Below are positions 12,553 to 64,000 of a stretch of DNA of 64,000 bases, one piece after another. The position numbers were made by a program, and so were the translations under genes. Origin of the DNA: Lytechinus pictus (taxonomy: Eukaryota). Positions within the stretch are counted from its first letter, which is position 1, and the number at the start of each line of letters is the position of its first letter. A model generated the notes under the pieces. The model was not told the origin of the DNA, did no database searches, and saw only the letters and a program-made list of their open reading frames with translations. The DNA lies in NCBI RefSeq assembly GCF_037042905.1, contig NC_087245.1, forward strand, positions 32,614,001-32,678,000, given 5' to 3'.

Positions 12553-15500
12553 GTTTTTACAAGTAAATACAAGTAGAAATAGCGATGAATAGAGACACAC
12601 TCTTAAATATTGAAGTTGAATTTATAAAAAAAGCAAAGTAATGGAACTTTTAGGAAGAGAAGACAGGAATTACAATGTGCAAATGGGAGTAACGTGGTTC
12701 AAGTAAGAAAAAATGGAAGTCATATATATTGTATGTAATTTTATTGATATACAATTAATCTGTCTTTGGATATTTCATATTATGAAAGTATTACCAAGTT
12801 TTACAAAAGATTACAAATCACGGTTTTTGAAAGAGGCTTAAACTCAATCGTATTTTGTCACTTACAATAATTCTTAAGATATTGTATAACAATTTTCCTA
12901 AAACCAACAGAAGGCTTATTAGTCATATTGATATAGCGTGTTCTCATTTGAAACGTTCCGTGATGAAATATTACACCGAAAATGATGCATATACATGCGA
13001 GAAGAAATATTGTCATGTGACTTTTTCACGTATTTTATTGTGTTCTTATTGTGCATGTCTCGACCACGTAATAGATATCTATTGTGACGTCATTCGTTGG
13101 AAGGTCGTTGTGTGGAAAGAGATGCCTCTAATTGAATTTTTTTTATCCATGGTAAAACTTTGTATTATGACGTCAGATAGAACAAACATTTAAAAAGACT
13201 TACTTTCTGATTAAAGCGATTGTTTCGATTTGTTATCTTGCACAACTGAGCAATGTCACAAAAAGATATATGAGAAATAGGACTTGTAGCTTAATTTGAC
13301 TTCCAGCGTGTCCAGGGATGGAACAGTCATATTTTGTTTTCTTTTAAATTCCAAATGTACGTTCTATCAGAGGTGAAGATAAATAGTGTTAACTTGTATT
13401 CAGAAAAATTGTTGTTGGATTTGTTTACAGTTGCGTTAGTGCCAAGTCTTTAATATTCGATTGCATCTTTATCTATTCATTTGTAAGTTTGTTAAAATGT
13501 TGAACGGGAATATTAGTTCGTCAGTTCGATTATTTCCATTAAGTAGACACGGGCCAAGTAGCAGGATGATTACTTTGTTCGCAATAATTTCAAGGTCAAT
13601 TTTCCCAACTTCACCTTTCTTTAGCAATATTTTTTTTACTTTCGTGATGGTCAAAATTTACAGTAATCACTCATGAGGGATAATGAACAACTTTGATTTG
13701 TGATATGAACCCTAGCATAACATCGACAATTTTTTTAGAGTTTAGAATTCTGTATAATTACGATTTCTACAAGAATATCTAGATGTGTAAAATTTTCGTA
13801 GAAATGAGAGAAATTATATATTATTGTGCTTTGTAATTATTTTCAATGTGTGTTTTCACTGTATCATGTTGATGTGTTTACAGAGATTATCAAGGATAAT
13901 TTTTATATTAAATACAGACTTTAAGAAAATTATTTTGTTATTGTTCATTGAAGGAAATCACTGGTGTTATACGAGATTAATTTAATGAAGAAAAATCACA
14001 AAAATGAAAGAATATAGACAAAACAGATGGCAGAGGGGATGGAGTGAGAAAGTTTACCAGGGGAGGGAGGAATGAAAGTAATGGAGAGAGAGATAAAGAT
14101 GTGGAGATTGGAACAATGTTTCTACTCCCGTAGGAACTCAGCAAAGCAGCTTGCCGCCGCATCAACGTCATTTCGTAGTTCCATTCTGCGCATGATCATA
14201 AGAAGGTCATTGGTACTATATATAGTGACATGGCGGTTTAATATTTAATGAGATAAATACCAAATCTGTTGTCTTGATTATGCATATATATTTTCTTTTG
14301 AATTGTGTTTTTCATTACATCCACAAACACAATACGTCCACTAGCGATTGGTATTTCACAGTCGGCCAAGTACATTGTTATAACAACTGGATAATGCATT
14401 TAATTTAGAAATGCAACAAGTACCTTCATAGAGTGTTCATTGGTGTGCTATTCTAGTCGTCTATTCAATTTCTTCATCCTGCTATGTAAGGCATGCTTAC
14501 ATAATATCTTGCATTGAAATCTGCCTGTCATAATAAATGAAAGAAATGAAAGGTAATTTGACCAAAATTGCCATGAAGTAACTATGAACAGTACATAGGA
14601 AACATTTAACGTACATATAGACAACCAAAATTACTCTCGAGCCTTTTTAATTAAAGTGGAGAAAATGGCCAAACTCACAACCCTAACTCCAATGCTCTAA
14701 CCTAGACGACAATGACCTAGTGGAATGAGTGGTAGGGGCACATCACAAGAAATGTACGGTTGAAAAAGAAAGAAAAAAAAAACACACACAAAGGAACTCG
14801 GGTGTCCACTAGCCAAAATGAGTCACGGTTAAGTGGCATATTTAGGGGCAAGGGGGCACTTTTTACTTTCAAGGGGGCAGCAAGATGTGCGAAATAAAAA
14901 GCGAGAAAAAATATTTGAAAAAAATATATAAACAAACAGGTACTTGGATAACAACCAACGACCACATCAAAAGTCGAAAGCTTAAGAGATTTCAACAAAT
15001 GCCCCTAGAGTCGAATGTATTGGAAGAGGATATTTTAGCCCTTTCCCAGATACGCCGCTTTTGATAGCCCTCTTCTTAACATGGTAACGATGATGTAAAT
15101 CAGTGCCGTAATTAGAAAACAAAAATTGAGGGGGCAAAACCTGGCCTGTAAATATTACTATTGCAAGAATGCGAGCGAGCGGATCGAGGGTTAAAAATAA
15201 TGAAAAAAAATGATACAAAAAGATAATTTTGAGATAGAATTTAATAATATCTCTAGAAAATAATATATTTCACAATTTCCTTTTCATTTCTTTCATTTCT
15301 CCATTTTATTCTTGTTCGTGTCCCTCCCCCATTTATACGCCAGTGATCTAAATTGAGTTTCGATCTAAGTTTGTTTTAAAATATAGCAAAATAAAAGACG
15401 TATTTGTAATGTTCAAACCAGAGAGGCGAAGAGACTCTTTGTTAAACAAACAATTTTTTTGTTTTTTAATGGCCAGCAGTATTTGCCTGTCAATCAAGTC

Positions 15501-16494
15501 CATCATGACAAATCGAAAGGAGACGGGACAGGTAACATATAAAATCCAAGTTCCCAGACAATCCTACAGAGTAATGATTTCTACCTCGAAGCGTCAAATA
15601 TTTAGTCCGGTTTTAGTCATTCGCAGCCGCTGAACCATTTACCAAAAGGGGTCACCTTTTCTTCATAAAAAAAATCTGACAAGCCAAAATGATAAAAATG
15701 CATCACTTTAAAAAAAGACAAGTCCCACCCCTCCCCAAAAGAAAAAGAGATAATGAAGGATTATCACCATTAATGCAGGGGGGAAGGAAATTTCCATATA
15801 TGTTTTCGAGAAGCAACCCCCCCCCCCTGGATTCACGCCTGCTCACTCATGTTATGGGTCATGTTATGGGTTATGGGTTAAATCTTGGCATTTTTGTCTT
15901 CTATAAAGTCTTAATGATAGCCTATATCATCGATCGAAATCGTAATTGCTCGATATATACGGCGGGCATTCTCCCTGATCGATGGAAATGTTTGGGGACG
16001 TCTGCACAGCCACCGTGTCTTATCATCGATATACCTCAAGTCATTTCCGGGAAAGGGGAGTGTGAGGTACTTCCGATGGGGGACACGATGACGTCAGCTA
16101 AAGGATGATGATGAACTATAATGAACTCTCATAAACACCCCTTGATCAAATGGATGACCACTCAGAAAACACCAACACCTGCTTGATCATGTTGATCCTG
16201 ATTGATTCAGATTGTTGATAGTGTTTCGGAGGTGATAACTCACTGTAAAAAAATGTATAAGAAGTCTCTAAAAAGGTTTACCCAATTAGCTTACGTGACA
16301 GCTAGGTAGGGGCGGAGCCCCCCCCCCCCCTGACAATAATTTGATGACCCTCCTTTTGTGGGGGGGGGGTAGGGGGGCTTGTCGGAAAATTTCTGGATGA
16401 AAGAACTTTGTTTCCGAAAGTGGCAGTAATAATTATTCGTCCCTCCTGACGAAGGTTTCAAGAGTAAAAAAATCTTGTGTTAATAACAATGCAC

Positions 16495-16690
16495 ATGGGG
16501 GTCAGTAGAGAAGACTCCCGGACTTTGAACCACAATATTGAGGTCCGGGTTCAAATCCCAACGCAGCATTTGCGCCATTTGCATGGCAACGCGTTTATCT
16601 ACATTTTGCCTCTCCCGGCCCACTCAGGTGTAGTAAATGGGTATCCGGTAGCAAGAAAACCCTTGAATGCTCGAGCATCTGATCAGGGTA
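16495..16690 (+). mobile_element. Degenerate tRNA-derived SINE
   Basis: B-box gggttcaaatccc followed by cccactcaggtgtagtaaatgggta, a motif typical of conserved SINE central domains. Confidence 0.6.
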
Positions 16691-19331
16691 TCCGCGCTAA
16701 AGATGATTTGATAAGTACGCATCTATTAGAAAACATTGTATTAAGCCATATATAAACACCTTTGTCATAACTATTCTATTGTTTCTCAAACTTTTAATCC
16801 TGTTCATACATAACAGCAATATACAGCACAAACACAGGCAGCATAATGAACTACTTAACATCTTTAACAACAACAACAAAACATTCCATCGACAGGAGAG
16901 AAACACTTTCACGACAACTCATATTCAACTCAAATTCATGACAACTCATATTTATGTCTGTCTCATGCTCTGATAGTACAATTCAAAATAAGGATGACGA
17001 ACACATGCCATTAACGATATTCACAAATAAAATTTAATTGTAATCAAAATCCAAGTATCCAAGTACATCACATAAATAATGGTGACACAGTCCTGCATCT
17101 ATTAACTATCTGTGGGTTATCAATTACAATTTCTCATTATTCAATGACATAATGATAGATGTCAAATCAAAAGTCCCCTCAGCTTTGATTCAACACACTT
17201 GGAATTCCTCATGACACTAAAATTACCCTTTTTTGATAATTGTCTTTCTGAATATAATCGGTCATTCATACAATATTTACTGATCTCACCCTCAATTGAC
17301 CAACCCTTCTAAAACTTTTAATACATCTGTAATACATCTGTAATACTTTTAATACTTTTAATACTTTTGTAATACATCTTAAACAATATGATAACATTTG
17401 ACAACAATGTCATATTTTGGCGACACAGTGTCTCATTAATTCTAAAATAACTCTCAAATATATATTGTGGTTCATTCAACAAAATCGTGTCAATTATTCA
17501 TTAGTTTTGTATTGATACAGCTTACCAAAAACAAAATAAATATCCGTCTAGAGTGTCCACTCTGCGACGCCATTTTCGTTGAATTGTTAATTTCCTTTGA
17601 TCAATGTTCGTTGACGTTCGGAAGACACGACGATGCTTTCAAAATACCAGATCTGGGTAATTTGCCATCTAAAGTACAAAAGAATTAAGGCACAAGCAGG
17701 TGAATACCATTATGTCCTCTTTGAATTAAATAATAGTTATTATATTAGTCATTGTTTCTGTTACAGCAATCAAAAACAAAAACAAATGTCCGTACACAAT
17801 CTTCTTCGTTTGATATAATTCTTATTGATTATGTCATTGTTACTTTCATTGAGCTCTTTATCATGTACAATGCTCAATTCAACTGAACTTCTACATTTAT
17901 CAATTTATAAATGTCTCACTCTCATGTCTTAATTGGTAGTATTAGCAATATCACAATTATCACTCACCGGTAGAAGTGTAGGGATTAAATTTGGACACTA
18001 CATGTATGACGAAGCTTTGCAAAGAAAAGTGCCATCTTCATGATCAATTATACTCAGAAAACCGGCAACCCTATGGCTTGAGCAGGTTATCTGCGCCTCT
18101 GCACGCTTAGAGGGTGTGCCTTATCCATCCGAGTACGGCACTACAATAGGCTTATACAAGAACGGGTACAAAATACCAAGGTTCATTAACGAGTGTTGAT
18201 AGCATACCACTTTCTTTTCATCGCTAGGCATGAAGCATTACAAACAATGCAACTAACACTCGATTGAACACTAAGCATGCTGTTCCGATTACTCAACCAT
18301 CAATGGCACACCCCCCCCCCTCTTTCTATCTCTTTCTCCCTTAATATTTATGTTGCAAACTTACGCCCCTCACTTCATAATGTGTTTGATGCTATAAAAA
18401 CATTATATAATTTGGTTTTAAAAAATATATATATTACGGGGCAAAAACGGCAAGAAAGTGACGTCGTGTGTGTTTTTTTTCCTCGATTTCAATAATAGTG
18501 GTATTATAGAGTTCCAAGACCCATGCCCCCATTTTATGCTCCTTTTAAAGTTTTTTTTCTTCCTCCTTTCCTCCTCTTTTGTTCTAATTTTCTATTAACT
18601 GGAAAATCACTGGGGCGATCACCTCCTCCTGCACCCCCCCCCCCCCGTGGCGCTGCCCATGTTATGCACTTGCATGTTTAGTCACGTGTGAAACAACGCA
18701 TTGATTATTAAAAAGCCATTCATTTCCGGACATTAATAACACGATGGAATACTGTTGTGTTTTTGTCTATTTGCTTATGTTCCTCAAATTGTATATTTGT
18801 TTTGTACTACTTTGGATTTTTGTTTCGGACAAGAATATTGGCAAATGCCAATGATGTTCTAATTCATTCGTTCATTAGCGATGTAAAAATTGCAATGTCG
18901 GAGGTGTAAACTGTAAGCGACATCTGTGTATATATAGCCGCACCCTTTGACCTATTTTCAAAATGATACACCAAGAAAGAGCTTTATGTGTCCCATATTT
19001 TTAATGCCTAATATAATATCCAAACTTAATTTGATAACCAGAAATCACCGTTCCAGTGAACTAAAAATACTTTTATTTACTTCATTTCTCGTATGTCTTC
19101 ATAGGATGGAGATGGTGGGAAAAGTAATTGGAAAAGGAAAAAAAGGTTCATAGAAAAGTTATCAATTTTTCAGAGCACCTCAGACGGGTTTCTCGTAAGG
19201 GCATTCATAAGGTGACCAATATTGCACAAATTTTATTTCATTTTTGCATTGACATCAGTATTTACAAAGGTAAAATAATTATAACAAAAAATAATAGTAG
19301 TAACAAAGCAGTGAAAATAAATAACAAGATA

Positions 19332-19551
19332 CACTGCAAAAACTCAGGTGTTGATTTAACACCAGCCCGTAATCTATATGTCCACACCAGATAAGTATTG
19401 AAACAACACCAGTTCGGAATCAAACCGATGCTGTTTTAATACTAATTGGTGTTGTATAAACACCTATCTGGTGTCAGAACAAAACCAAATTGGTGTTGGA
19501 CATATATAGAATCCGGGCTGGTGTTAAATCAACACCGGTGTTTTTGCAATG
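19332..19551. mobile_element. CACTG-ended MITE (CACTA/CMC-like)
   Basis: TIRs cactgcaaaaactcaggtgttgatttaacaccagcccg / cgggctggtgttaaatcaacaccggtgtttttgcaatg, flanked by ta on both sides; internal aacacc/ggtgtt repeats. Confidence 0.75.
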
Positions 19552-21766
19552 TATATTAAACATTATTTTTACGAAATGCTAATTTGAAGGAATGCAGAAG
19601 ACCGCCATCGTGAGCGATTAGACTTGATGATGAAGGCGGTCTCGTAAAAAGGTACATATTATTTATTCATTGTTGGTGCAAATTGATACAATACTTACAA
19701 TAATGAGACTTTTTTTTTTAATCTAGTATAAGCTAGTAAGAAGGTGGATCACTGAACAAGAATTAAGGTTTTTATAAACTTGAGATGACATTAAAAAATA
19801 TATAATTTTAAACCAGAAATAATCATTTTCAAAAGATATTTCTTTGATGCATATAGTATAGAAAATATCAATGTAAATATTCATTTATACTGAATTATGA
19901 ATACACTTAGAATAATTATGATTATGATGATGATACCCACCATAATGATGATAATAATGAGAATAACAAAATAAAGTATCAACAAAACAATAATGATAAC
20001 AAAGTGATAGTAATAATTACTATAGTTTTATTGTTCAAACAAGAATAAGACTTTCTCAATTTAATTTTGCATATTTCTACGAGACTTTACTCGACTTTTT
20101 GGGGGCGGAAACACGAAATATTAACACTCCCTCCTCAAGAATCACGATAACTAAGATCTTATACTCCTGCGCATCATTCAATGTCTACCCTGGATATTGG
20201 CGCTGAAGCGTTCTATGAATGACTTCCGCTCTCAACGAGTCTTCCATTACGAAATGTGAAAGATTCCCCTCTTTGAACATGTCCTCTTAGGAGATAATCT
20301 CGCTTCACGTGTTGACATTAATAAGACTAATTCTCCCATTGCGCACTCTATCCTGTTCGCGTAGTACAAGTTCTAGACTTCTATCTCCTTAGGGAATCCA
20401 AAAATATTTTCTGAGATTTTTCTTATTTCTCTCTCTCTCTTTCAAAATGGAGTATTTTTAGTTAATGTGGAAATTCAACAGCGCTGGAGTGAAATCGATG
20501 GGTTGAGAGATTTTGGCTTCGCTCACGTTGAAACTGATCACATATGTGACAGGTCCGAGGACATTCATATTGCAATATGTATATGATTTTTAGTCTTTGA
20601 AATGATGATTAATTTTGTTACTAGCTTTAGCGGTGACTCAAAATTGGCCGAATCTGTTTAATAGCGAGTGCGGTAGTCTCATTAGAAAAATAATTGGGGC
20701 TGGGTTTAGATACGATGCCTTATTGTGGAAAATTTGTGAGTGAGCAAAGTCAACGAGCCAAATACAAACGGTTTTTATTATAATTAATTTACATTAATGA
20801 TTAATTTTGTAAAATATTACACTAAAATCTACAATTAGAATATTAAAAGAAACTCAATGTAAGTTATTTAAACGTTTATTTATTAAAAAACATCTTTACA
20901 CAGGCCATGTACAGACGCTGTACCGTTTTTTTTTAATTACGACTTGCTGAAAAGAAAAATAGAATTTTTATCAAAAAACGTCACATATTGGAAAGTTTAA
21001 GGGTACTGTATTCCCCATCAACCCATTCCCAACTCATCCCTCATCATTTATTTAACCTCTGATACTTGTCCAGTGGTATTATGGCAATCAATATTTTCCC
21101 ATGCAACAACAATCTCATTGTCTATATCATGCAAAACGAGCACTAATTTAATCAGTCGCCAACAAAATGCACATAAAACATGGTTAATTTTGCACAGGGC
21201 GCCGTTTCACGTTCAAGAAATTATAAAAATTGACATAATTCAATAAAGAACCAAAGCACAACGATCACTTGTTAATACAAATGTCTAGTTTTATTTCGTA
21301 GAACTGAATACACTGAAAGACAAAAACAATAAATTAAATAAATGCTCAAAGTTTGTAGAAGCTCTTATGAGGCAAAAACCCAAGCCACCATAATTTTGAG
21401 TTTGTCGAGGTAATTTTTTAACGATAATGAACTATTAATGATGATGAATAAGGAAAATGACATATGCCAATAAATATGATTTTCGTGATTCTTTAATATC
21501 CGAGAAAAATATCAGGTTTTGTACAGTGATTGCAGTGAAAACTTATATACTTGGTTGTGGACCGTTTAATGTAAGGATTTATGGCATGTCTGTTATATTC
21601 GAGAATTACTATAGTAGCAGTACTTCTCAGCTAATTAAGATAATAAATTTGTCTGGTCCGACAATTTGTCAGATGACAAAAGTTGGTATAAAGATGACGC
21701 AGTATAAATATTTCTCCAAACATTAAACGCCCGTATTCTGAACTTGGGATTAATGCTAACTCTGAT

Positions 21767-21925
21767 GGGTGTTTCATAAAGCTGTTCGTATGTTAAGAGC
21801 GACTTTGAGAACGACTGGTGATCCTTTCTTGTGTTAAATGGTAGATTCATTGGTGATGGTTTGGTGCGTAAGAAAGGATCACCGGTCGTTCTTAAAGTCG
21901 CTCTTAACTTACGAACAGACCCCTG
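21767..21925. mobile_element. Small hairpin MITE
   Basis: ctgttcgtatgttaagagcgactttgagaacgactggtgatcctttctt is mirrored by aagaaaggatcaccggtcgttcttaaagtcgctcttaacttacgaacag. Confidence 0.7.
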
Positions 21926-23411
21926 GTATACAATTGTGGTTGATCTATGGATTTCCAACTGTGACAAAAATATTTTATTTTGTTCAATTACCAGCTGATT
22001 TGACCTTAAAATCATTAACGACTGTTTGGGACATGGCCCAGAGGTGATGTGTTGTTATACACCATAGGCAACACCACCCCCTCCCAGGAAATCAGGTTGG
22101 TACGCATAAATGTAAAATTTTGACCAAATTCGATTTTTTTTTTCCAAACCAACACCCCCTCTTCAAGGATCATACCCAGGCACCTGGTTCAGGAATAGAA
22201 AATTAATAGTTTTATTCACCTTATGACTTAATCATAGCAAAATTCAATACAAGCAAAATTGTGATATTTTCGCTTTCCATGAGTTAAGCATTATAAAGCA
22301 GGAGGAAAGAGCAAATTAATTATAAAATAAAATGGAAACGAAATGTTCATATTTTCGGTTTCCATAGTACAAGCAGAGTTAGACCATAGTCCAAATTAAA
22401 CTGGACGTCAGACACGGGCTATAGACTTGGCCTCAATTTGAAGGCAAACACCCTAATGTGGTATTTGGAAAAAAATACAAGATAAAAGACATAATGTTGA
22501 TAATTATCAAAAATTCATTTTTTTATCGAAATGCTGTATTCATGATAAATTGCTTTGGTGTGCAATTATACAAAATGAAATCATTTCAAATAATAGATAG
22601 AGGAATAAATATACCGAGAAGTACTGTAGTTTGTTTTGTGACATAATTGATAAAAGAAGACACTCTCCGATATAAGGTTAATATAGCTAAACGGAATTCA
22701 CAAGTTAAAAACAGAGCTGCTCACCTTTGGCAGGATATTAACATCCCACAATTCGAATTTATCCATGCTCTTTTGTGTAATGACGGATTGAAGTTTGATC
22801 TTCGATATAATGAATAGTGATATTCAAATTATACAATGATTTCTTTTCATAATAAAAATATATTACTTGACCAAAGTGTTCAAACAAAGTGCGTCTAACC
22901 TTACACAGTATGTCCAACGAAGGCGGGCTTTCAAACGTAAACACTGCCCTCTGTGAGAGGGTTTATGAAATGGGAGTTGTTTGTCTGAGGTTGTCTGAGC
23001 GATTGTAAATGGGAAAAAAAAGATCAATAACATATAGGGAAAATCATTTTGATATATGAATCCATGACAATATTCTGAAGAGAAAGTTAGAATAAGGTGA
23101 GTTGTTCTTTTCAGCCATTATACCTCGGTGAATATTTTTCAGTATACTTGAATCGTATAAAATAGCACGATACAAAAATTAGCGATAAATAAAAAGCAGT
23201 GCATAAACATACTTTATTTCTCTCTTATTACACTTGTACAGGTTTCTTACAAAATAAATCCATCATGATAAAAAAAAAACAAGTTTGTTTTTTCAGGGTA
23301 CTGTTTCAAAAACAGTTGCAATCAAACTCAACTCCAGAAATCAAACATAACTTGGCTTCGAGCCAATCATACAATTTCTGCAACGGGCCTCTACTGGAGT
23401 TTTGGAGCAAT

Positions 23412-63497
<40,086 letters not shown>

Positions 63498-64000
63498 CTA
63501 AGGAGAGTTTATGGAGAAGATTATGGGTTTGCGTGAAATAGAGAGGGGGAGAGGGGGAGGGGAGAGAGGGGGACCAATGAGAGCTTGGAATTGTAGTAAA
63601 TGGTATCACTAGTGTTTCGAGAGTAAGAATTACATTTTTTATGCGAATACAAAAAGGAATTAAATAATAATACCGAAAGATTAATTGGATTAAAGATCAC
63701 TTAATAAAAAGGGAAATTCACTCTCCAAGCCGCGATGACCCGAAAATACGACGATTGATAATAATAAAAAAAAGGAAATATGAAAATCCCACATAAACAA
63801 CATTCTCTTGAGTGGGGATGGAGGGGGGGGGGGGTAAATAAGGGGAAGGGCGATTATCCCTATGGTTGTAGTAAAAACTTCTTGGCCCGTATTCTGCACT
63901 CTTATTGACCAAGTTTGTACTCGAATTGTGAGGAGCCAAAGACGTTTAACACTTTAACCTCGTTTATGTGCTTTGTTATATATAATTTACTGGGCTCTTC

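Overview
AT-rich, intron-rich animal genomic DNA. The repeat landscape (poly-G/C hAT-type MITEs, foldback elements, tRNA-derived SINEs) suggests an echinoderm such as a sea urchin; this is inference only. Three protein-coding genes can be reconstructed by hand. (1) A + strand LRR-stalk-Ig-TM receptor encoded in one coding exon (9603-12032). (2) A - strand NRF-6/acyltransferase-3 family gene with 13 visible exons (63497 to 23412), whose 5' end lies beyond the window. (3) A complete 17-exon DGAT1-like MBOAT acyltransferase on the + strand (26701-39086), lying entirely inside one ~21 kb intron of the NRF-6 gene. The same intron carries a 405-bp repeat unit embedded in (TA)n that contains a full tRNA cloverleaf with a TCA (UGA-reading) anticodon, and a 5.2 kb foldback element. 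The window opens with a >3.2 kb near-perfect palindrome. A triple-nested set of hAT-type elements, each with an 8-bp target-site duplication, lies at 46947-50215. Most short ORFs in the track are spurious. All exon and repeat coordinates were read by eye and no database search was run.
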